DNA from: Promethearchaeota archaeon
Lineage (GTDB): Archaea > Asgardarchaeota > Thorarchaeia > Thorarchaeales > Thorarchaeaceae
Reading direction: 5' to 3'
Length of the DNA: 32,000 nucleotides
Assembly: GCA_027031765.1 (NCBI GenBank)
Contig: JALVPN010000077.1
Span: 1 to 32,000, forward strand
Shown here: positions 26,759-32,000 of the stretch, piece by piece
Layout of the letters: every line of letters begins with the position of its first letter
Position numbering within the stretch: the stretch's first letter is position 1
Translations under genes and position numbers: made by a program
The notes under the pieces: generated by a model
The model's input: the letters and a program-made list of their open reading frames with translations, nothing else
Told to the model about the DNA's origin: nothing
Database searches by the model: none

Positions 26759-27286
26759 TCACTGCTTCGTCGCGTCAATCATTAGTCGACAGAGCATGGC
26801 GAATGCCTCTTCTACATTCTCTCCTGTCAACGCACTCGACTCAACATAGAGAAAACCATTGGCCTCCGCATACTCCTTGCCCTCGTCGGTTGCGACCACC
26901 CTGCTGTCGGTAAGGTCCACCTTGTTTGCTACGACCACCATCGGTACTTCCCGCCCGATATTGCTGAAACCCTCCTCTTTCCACCGGTCGAGGTTCAGGA
27001 AGGTGCGTCGCCGGGTCACATCAAAGACCAAGAGGCCCCCACGAGCACCCCTATAGAACCCCTGCCTGACGACTTCGAAACGGGGCTGTCCTGCAAGATC
27101 CCAGACTTGGAGCACGACGTTTGCGTCACGGTCGAGCAGTGACACCCTCTTGATTGCAAAGTCGGAGCCAATGGTACGTTTGTAGTCGGCCTCAAAAAAG
27201 TCCTGTGTGAACCGCAGGGTCAGTGCTGTCTTCCCGACCGCGCCGTCCCCAAGCATGACGACCTTGAACCGGTACTCAGCGGGCAT
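26759..27286 (-). CDS. Rab-like small GTPase 2
   Basis: G1 GDGAVGKT, TIGSDF, G3 VWDLAGQ, FYRGA, LLVFDVT, G4 NKVD, G5 ESSAL. Start is ATG 27286 or 27295. Confidence 0.93.
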   Translation of the reverse strand: MPAEYRFKVVMLGDGAVGKTALTLRFTQDFFEADYKRTIGSDFAIKRVSLLDRDANVVLQVWDLAGQPRFEVVRQGFYRGARGGLLVFDVTRRRTFLNLDRWKEEGFSNIGREVPMVVVANKVDLTDSRVVATDEGKEYAEANGFLYVESSALTGENVEEAFAMLCRLMIDATKQ

Positions 27287-27324
27287 GTGACACACATCCT
27301 CGGTGGCTCACGGGTCGCGAGACC

Positions 27325-27331
27325 CTATAAT
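27325..27331 (-). promoter_or_regulatory. TATA-like box for Rab-like GTPase 2
   Basis: Minus strand ATTATAG, about 30 nt before ATG 27295. Confidence 0.35.
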
Positions 27332-27518
27332 CGTGACGCAGTCCAATGGCAGGACGCAAGTCGCTAGCGCAGGCCTCCCTTTTGAAGATTGCCTATTGCA
27401 ACAAAGAGATGCGTGTTGCCTCCGACCAGTAGCGGCAGCACGCACTACTGACGGTGGCGGCACGTACATGCGCACTGGTCGTTGTTGCGCAGCATGTGGG
27501 TCATTGAGGCCAGTATTG

Positions 27519-27525
27519 TTTAATA
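27519..27525 (+). promoter_or_regulatory. TATA-like box for the roadblock gene
   Basis: TTTAATA, the same heptamer as at 23391, followed by an SD-like GGGGTGA before ATG 27570. Confidence 0.4.
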
Positions 27526-27569
27526 GCAGATTGGAAGAGCAAGGTACTGCTGGCATGGGGTGAAACAGG

Positions 27570-27950
27570 ATGAAGCGACCGGACTACGTGTTACTCGCTG
27601 AGATACTTACCGAGATGAACATGGAGGGTGGCTACACGGCATCTATTCTTGCCAGGGCAGATGGTCTGCTCGTGGCCTCTGCAAAGACCCCATCTGTGGA
27701 CCAGGACATTGTGGCCGCCATGGCCGGGTATGTGTCTGCGACCGTGGAGAGGATGCGGGACGAACTCGCACTCGGGAATGTGCATGACATCACCGTGAGG
27801 TGTTCAGAGGGCAAGGCGGTGTTCAAGAAGGTGCCGGTGACGGGGGAGGACCTGATCCTTGCAGCACTGATGCCAAGGGGGATACGATATCACGCGAGAC
27901 TCCTCGGCAAGACCGCGACAAAGATAGCGAGGATGTTCGGTAAGCAGTAG
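27570..27950 (+). CDS. Roadblock/LC7 (MglB-like) domain protein
   Basis: 126 aa with the pattern helix - SILARADGLLVAS - IVAAMAGYV helix - ITVRCSEGKAVF - LILAAL - terminal helix. Confidence 0.85.
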   Translation: MKRPDYVLLAEILTEMNMEGGYTASILARADGLLVASAKTPSVDQDIVAAMAGYVSATVERMRDELALGNVHDITVRCSEGKAVFKKVPVTGEDLILAALMPRGIRYHARLLGKTATKIARMFGKQ

Positions 27951-28222
27951 GTAGGACGCACAGGTCGTGTCACGGTGGTGTCGTACTTCATCCCCACAGT
28001 GCCACACGGCACCATGCAAGAGGACACTGTGTCTGGACGCGCACCTGCACAGCGCCGTACGACTTCTGGACTACAGTAGACATGGGGACTCTTGGCCAGC
28101 ACCAGCAGGTGGTCACAGGACAGTGGGCCTGACACGGGCAAGGTGAGGGGCCTGTCAAAAGATTCAAGAGAGTAGGTAGCACCACGCCCTTGATGTCACC
28201 TCAATCCTAGGAGTGCAGCTGA

Positions 28223-28546
28223 GTGGCGGAGAACACCGGAACGGCAGACACGGACAATGCGGACGGGGCAATTGAGATACTGTTCTTCAAGTCTGACAGC
28301 TGCCCGTTCTGCCCCCGGGCCGAGGAGGTGATCCGTGAGGTCATCGGGGAGTTCGACCCCGGCGTGTTCAGACTCGTCGTCATCAACGTCTCGGAGAAGC
28401 CGGAGGTCGCAGAGGAGTATGGCGTGTTTGCCCTGCCCACCGTCGTTGTGGGTGGCATGTCAGTGACTGGAGTCCCCGAACCCGAGATGCTGGTAAAGAT
28501 TATTCTCGGTTCAAGACTCTCAAGGAAAAGGAGAACGACCAGATGA
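28223..28546 (+). CDS. Thioredoxin-fold protein with CPFC motif, KaiB-like
   Basis: CPFC, VINVSEKPEVAEEYGVFALPT (cis-Pro motif). GTG start with SD. Its stop overlaps the start of the next gene (ATGA at 28543-28546). Confidence 0.85.
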   Translation: MAENTGTADTDNADGAIEILFFKSDSCPFCPRAEEVIREVIGEFDPGVFRLVVINVSEKPEVAEEYGVFALPTVVVGGMSVTGVPEPEMLVKIILGSRLSRKRRTTR

Positions 28547-29286
28547 GCAAGTTCACAATTGAGCGCGTCAGGACCGGCATCCCCGGTCTGGATGAGCTGA
28601 TTGAGGGCGGGTTCCCCAGAGGGGATACCATCCTTGTCGCAGGAAAGGCAGGCACTGGCAAGAGCATCCTTGCAGTGCAGTTCCTGTACAAGGGGGCAAC
28701 CGAGTACAACGAGCCCGGTGTGCTCGTGACTCTGGAAGAGCCGCCCCACCTGATAAAGAGGAATATGATGAGGTTTGGCATGGACCTCGAGAGACTGGAG
28801 AGGGAGGGACTGCTTGCAATAGTCGACCTGTCACCGTCCAAAGAGAGGACGCCGGTCATGGTCGGGGAGTATCCCAGTTTTGACCTCTCAGGACTGGAGG
28901 CAATAATCCTCAGTCATATCCGACGCATAAAGGCCAAGCGGGTGGTCATTGACACGCTCTCAATAATGGCATACAAGTTCCGGAGCAGGGACATCCTCCG
29001 GGAAGAGTTCTTCAAACTGTGTGCGAGCATTACCGGCGAGGGGTGCACCCTGTTGCTCACCAGCGAGATCCCGGCACAGGACACCGGACTCGGCGTCTTT
29101 GACATTGAGACCTTCCTCGCATCGGGAGTAATCGTCCTGTACAACGAGAAGATCAGCGAAACGTCACGTTCGCGCTCAATTGAAATACTCAAACTGCGCG
29201 GCTCAAAACACAGCTCACGTATCCACTCGATGCGGATAACCGACGAGGGGATCCGTGTATGGCCGGGTGAGATACCCGGACACTGA
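28543..29286 (+). CDS. Single-domain KaiC-like ATPase, resembling the KaiC CI domain
   Basis: RVRTGIPGLDELIEGG, Walker A GKAGTGKS, QFLYKG...EPGVLVTLEE, RVVIDT, IEILKLRG and ITDEGIRVWP. Confidence 0.9.
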   Translation: MSKFTIERVRTGIPGLDELIEGGFPRGDTILVAGKAGTGKSILAVQFLYKGATEYNEPGVLVTLEEPPHLIKRNMMRFGMDLERLEREGLLAIVDLSPSKERTPVMVGEYPSFDLSGLEAIILSHIRRIKAKRVVIDTLSIMAYKFRSRDILREEFFKLCASITGEGCTLLLTSEIPAQDTGLGVFDIETFLASGVIVLYNEKISETSRSRSIEILKLRGSKHSSRIHSMRITDEGIRVWPGEIPGH

Positions 29287-29316
29287 CCGACAACACTGTA
29301 GTGTGGAGTGTGACCT

Positions 29317-30024
29317 ATGAGGCCAGAAGTGAGGACAACAAGCAGGCGCCGCGCACTGACGGCACGGCCCATGATAGACGACCTTGTGAAGTTCGGCCAG
29401 TTGACACAGGTCTCGTACGTGCTTGTTGGCCCGCTGGGTTCCGGCAAGACCACATACGCTGAGGCGTTCATTGCCGAGGGGCTGAAGCAGGGCTTCCCTG
29501 GGGTGTTCGTCACCACGGACGTGTCGCCACGGGTCATAAGGAATGACATGAGCCGCCATGGATGGCCTGTGGAACGGTACGAGCAGTCAGGACAGATGGT
29601 GTTCATTGACGGGTACTCAGAACGGATGGGGGCACCAAAGATGGGCAGTGCCCGCGCCCTGACAAAGGTCGATGACATAAGCGAGCTCGGTATTGTGCTG
29701 TCCGAGGTCCTCGAAGGCCTTGTGGTGGCGCGCGTGGTCGTTGACAGCCTGTCGACCCTGATCCTCCACTCAGCACCCACCACCATGCCACGGGCTGTCC
29801 AGAGGCTGAGTGGCCGCATCACACAGAGCTCGCACAGCATAATGTACATCCTTGAAGAGGGTGTGCACGACGACAAGGTGTACGCTACATTCTCGTATCT
29901 CATGGACGCTGTGCTCAGGTTCCGACTCGTCGAACGTGAGGGACAGACAGTCCACCAGGTGCGGATGGAGCGGATGCGTGGCACAGAGGCCTCACGTGAG
30001 TGGCACGACTTTGTGCTCGAATGA
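29317..30024 (+). CDS. Second single-domain KaiC/RAD55-like ATPase, degenerate catalytic EE
   Basis: Walker A GPLGSGKT, VFVTTDVS (no EE), RVVVDSLS, FSYLMDAV and ERMRG. Confidence 0.85.
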   Translation: MRPEVRTTSRRRALTARPMIDDLVKFGQLTQVSYVLVGPLGSGKTTYAEAFIAEGLKQGFPGVFVTTDVSPRVIRNDMSRHGWPVERYEQSGQMVFIDGYSERMGAPKMGSARALTKVDDISELGIVLSEVLEGLVVARVVVDSLSTLILHSAPTTMPRAVQRLSGRITQSSHSIMYILEEGVHDDKVYATFSYLMDAVLRFRLVEREGQTVHQVRMERMRGTEASREWHDFVLE

Positions 30025-30132
30025 GAGGGCGGCCTGTCGTCGCAGGGTATCCCCTCTGGTCACCCCCTCATGGTCTGCAGCTGGGGATCCCGGGGCTGCC
30101 AACAAATCATCATGACACCAACCGGTGCGCTC

Positions 30133-30146
30133 TCAAAGTTTTTAAT
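30133..30146 (+). promoter_or_regulatory. BRE-TATA-like promoter of the large solenoid gene
   Basis: TCAAAGTTTTTAAT about 45 nt before the SD (GAGGAG)-preceded TTG at 30188. Confidence 0.45.
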
Positions 30147-30187
30147 CAACCCCAGTCGAACTTCAGAAGGCTTGAGGAGAGCACACG

Positions 30188-32000
30188 TTGAGGAAACTGA
30201 TTGTCGCGACATTACGGGAGATACTCTGTGCATCAATGTCACTCGATGATGGACTGTCAGCAATCCAGAACATATCCATAGGGCACACGGAGGAGTCGGA
30301 CATCCCATATGACATTGCAAGGGCAATAGAGGAGATACTCCTCCGTAGACCGGGACTGGCAAGTGCCAAGTTGATGGAGTTGACAGTACGCCTCTCCTCG
30401 GACCCGGACCGGACGCTCCCAAAGATGTTGATGCTCCTTGACACGAGGTCCAACACTGCATATAGGAGGGGCGAGTGCGAGATACTGCCAGATATCCAAG
30501 CCCTACCACAGCTGCTGGACATCCTTGGCGAGCTGTCCAGCGCAGTCATGGACGGGCTGTCCCTGAACCTCAGACCACTGATCCCGTTCCTTGCAGACGA
30601 GATGCTCATGACGCTGACATCCATAGTCGACCGGGGACACCCCGCGTCGACGCGGCTTGCAGTCAGGGAGACCCACCACCTCGCGAGCATCCTAGTAGAC
30701 AGGGGCTTCTACGAGTGTGCGGAGCTGCTCTTGGAGGCGCTCGTACGGGTCGCGGCCGAGGTGCAGGACGAGAGGCTCTACTTTGAGGTCGCCATCGACC
30801 ATGCCGTCGTACTGACCGAGACCGGTCTCTACAAGCAGGCACGGACTATCCTCGAAGACCTTGAGAGGAGGGTCAAGGAGAACAGTGACGTGGCCGCACA
30901 GGCGGCAGTGGCCCTGCAGATTGCAGTGAACGAGACCCGTGATGACACTGTGGACCATACCACTGCAAGGGCGTCTGCGGACAGGGCGGTCGAGCTGCAC
31001 CGGCTGGCAGTGGAACAGGGGCGCATGGCGCCTGACGAACTGGCCGTTGCCGAGCTGACGGTGGGGGTGAACATCTTGGCCAACGGCTGGCGGGAGGCCG
31101 TCCCACAGGCAATGGAGCGTCTGGAGGCCGGGCTTGCGGTCTACGAGGAGATGGACTCGCTCACCCAAAGACAGGCCTCCCACTGTTTCAAGGTCCTGGC
31201 CGGACTGGGGTTTGCGCACGGCCTGCTGAGTGACCACGACAATGTGACTCTGAGCATCAGGTACCTGAGACGTGCTGAGGCACTGTTGAGGGAGTCTGTG
31301 AAACCAGAGGAGGACATCACAGAGAAGATTGCTGCATGTGAACACTGCATTGGCTGGGTGTGTCTGTGTTCGGAGTCCGACGAACACTGGGAGCTGGGCA
31401 TCGACGCCTTCAGAAAGGCCACCGAGTTGCGTCGTGCCCTTGTCGGTGAGGGGCGGCTGTCATGGCTCGCCCTACTCGGTAGCGAGCTTGGCCATGCACT
31501 GTCGTTGATACGGACTGCAGGAAGGATGGACGAAGGGCTCCAAGAACGCCTCGTAAGGATTATGCACCAGTATACCCTGTTGTTCCCGACCGATCTGCGG
31601 GCCTTCGAAGAGGCTGCCATTGCTACCTACAACATTGTGTGGCTAGCCTCACGACATGGGGCGGAGCTGTCACAGGAGTTGCTCCGACTCCTTGAGGACA
31701 TAGACAGGATGTTGACCGATGCGACGCCTGTGGAGGACTCTGTCTTCGTGCGCGGGATCTCCCTACTGATGCCATACCTGAAGTCGGACTGGAGAGCACT
31801 GCGGTACAGGGCCGAGGCCCTGCTCCATGCTGGCGGCCCACTCAGGGACGTGGTACTGCTGATGAGCACGCTGGCAAAGATGCGCATCGCTCTAGACTAC
31901 ATGACCCTAGAGAGCATCACGCAGGTGATAACGGGTCATGACGGACAACTGGACGGCACCGACGAGCTAATGGCGAGGTACTGGGACGGACAGGTCGTAC
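30188..32000 (+). CDS. Large alpha-helical TPR-like/solenoid protein, 3'-truncated by the window end (not in the ORF track)
   Basis: My translation from TTG 30188 (alternative ATG 30236) shows no stop for 604 codons to the window end. It contains helical repeats such as RGFYECAELLLEAL, TGLYKQARTILEDL and AIRY-like SIRYLRRAEALL. Confidence 0.85.
   Translation, partial: MRKLIVATLREILCASMSLDDGLSAIQNISIGHTEESDIPYDIARAIEEILLRRPGLASAKLMELTVRLSSDPDRTLPKMLMLLDTRSNTAYRRGECEILPDIQALPQLLDILGELSSAVMDGLSLNLRPLIPFLADEMLMTLTSIVDRGHPASTRLAVRETHHLASILVDRGFYECAELLLEALVRVAAEVQDERLYFEVAIDHAVVLTETGLYKQARTILEDLERRVKENSDVAAQAAVALQIAVNETRDDTVDHTTARASADRAVELHRLAVEQGRMAPDELAVAELTVGVNILANGWREAVPQAMERLEAGLAVYEEMDSLTQRQASHCFKVLAGLGFAHGLLSDHDNVTLSIRYLRRAEALLRESVKPEEDITEKIAACEHCIGWVCLCSESDEHWELGIDAFRKATELRRALVGEGRLSWLALLGSELGHALSLIRTAGRMDEGLQERLVRIMHQYTLLFPTDLRAFEEAAIATYNIVWLASRHGAELSQELLRLLEDIDRMLTDATPVEDSVFVRGISLLMPYLKSDWRALRYRAEALLHAGGPLRDVVLLMSTLAKMRIALDYMTLESITQVITGHDGQLDGTDELMARYWDGQVV

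Noticed and set aside
27951-28222. Possible small ORF or ncRNA between the roadblock and KaiB-like genes
   Set aside because: I could not support any convincing ORF, tRNA-like arms or stable repeat structure by eye.
28914-29984. 356-aa antisense ORF
   Set aside because: It is a shadow of the two KaiC-like genes.
30163-31887. Several minus-strand ORFs listed in the track
   Set aside because: They are explained as shadows of the single long plus-strand ORF starting at 30188.
1-32000. CRISPR arrays, tRNA/rRNA genes, transposases or integrases
   Set aside because: No regularly spaced repeats, T-loop/anticodon patterns or recombinase motifs were found in the intergenic gaps or translations.

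Overview
A GC-rich archaeal chromosomal window, most likely from an Asgard archaeon and possibly Thorarchaeia. This is inferred from the combination of archaeosine tgtA, cofE, mtrA/mtrH and PolB2 with two Rab-like GTPases, a roadblock protein and a canonical WD40 protein. No database search was run. All family assignments come from motifs read in the translations, and reference sequences used for comparison are recalled from memory. Left: two membrane-anchored surface proteins (one with a PHP hydrolase domain) divergent from an AfuABC/FbpABC-type ABC importer, then tgtA and hflX. Middle: a co-oriented C1/corrinoid run, metV-metF-mtrH-mtrA-mtrH-methanogenesis marker 14-cofE, then a 62-nt pure purine tract, larC, and PolB2 with its small partner. 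Right: Rab-like GTPase, a HEAT-hinge-Ig-platform protein built like a miniature adaptin/coatomer large subunit, a 7-blade WD40 protein, a second Rab-like GTPase, a roadblock protein, a KaiB-like CxxC thioredoxin-fold protein coupled to two single-domain KaiC-like ATPases, and a large alpha-solenoid ORF that runs off the window end and is absent from the ORF track. There are three candidate systems. (1) A proto-coat/trafficking-like gene island. (2) A redox-gated KaiB-like/split-KaiC module. (3) A soluble Mtr-derived methyltransferase module in which MtrA appears to carry an MtrB-like tail in place of its membrane anchor, next to a putative ASKHA-fold corrinoid reactivase. No rRNA, tRNA, CRISPR array or mobile element was recognised.
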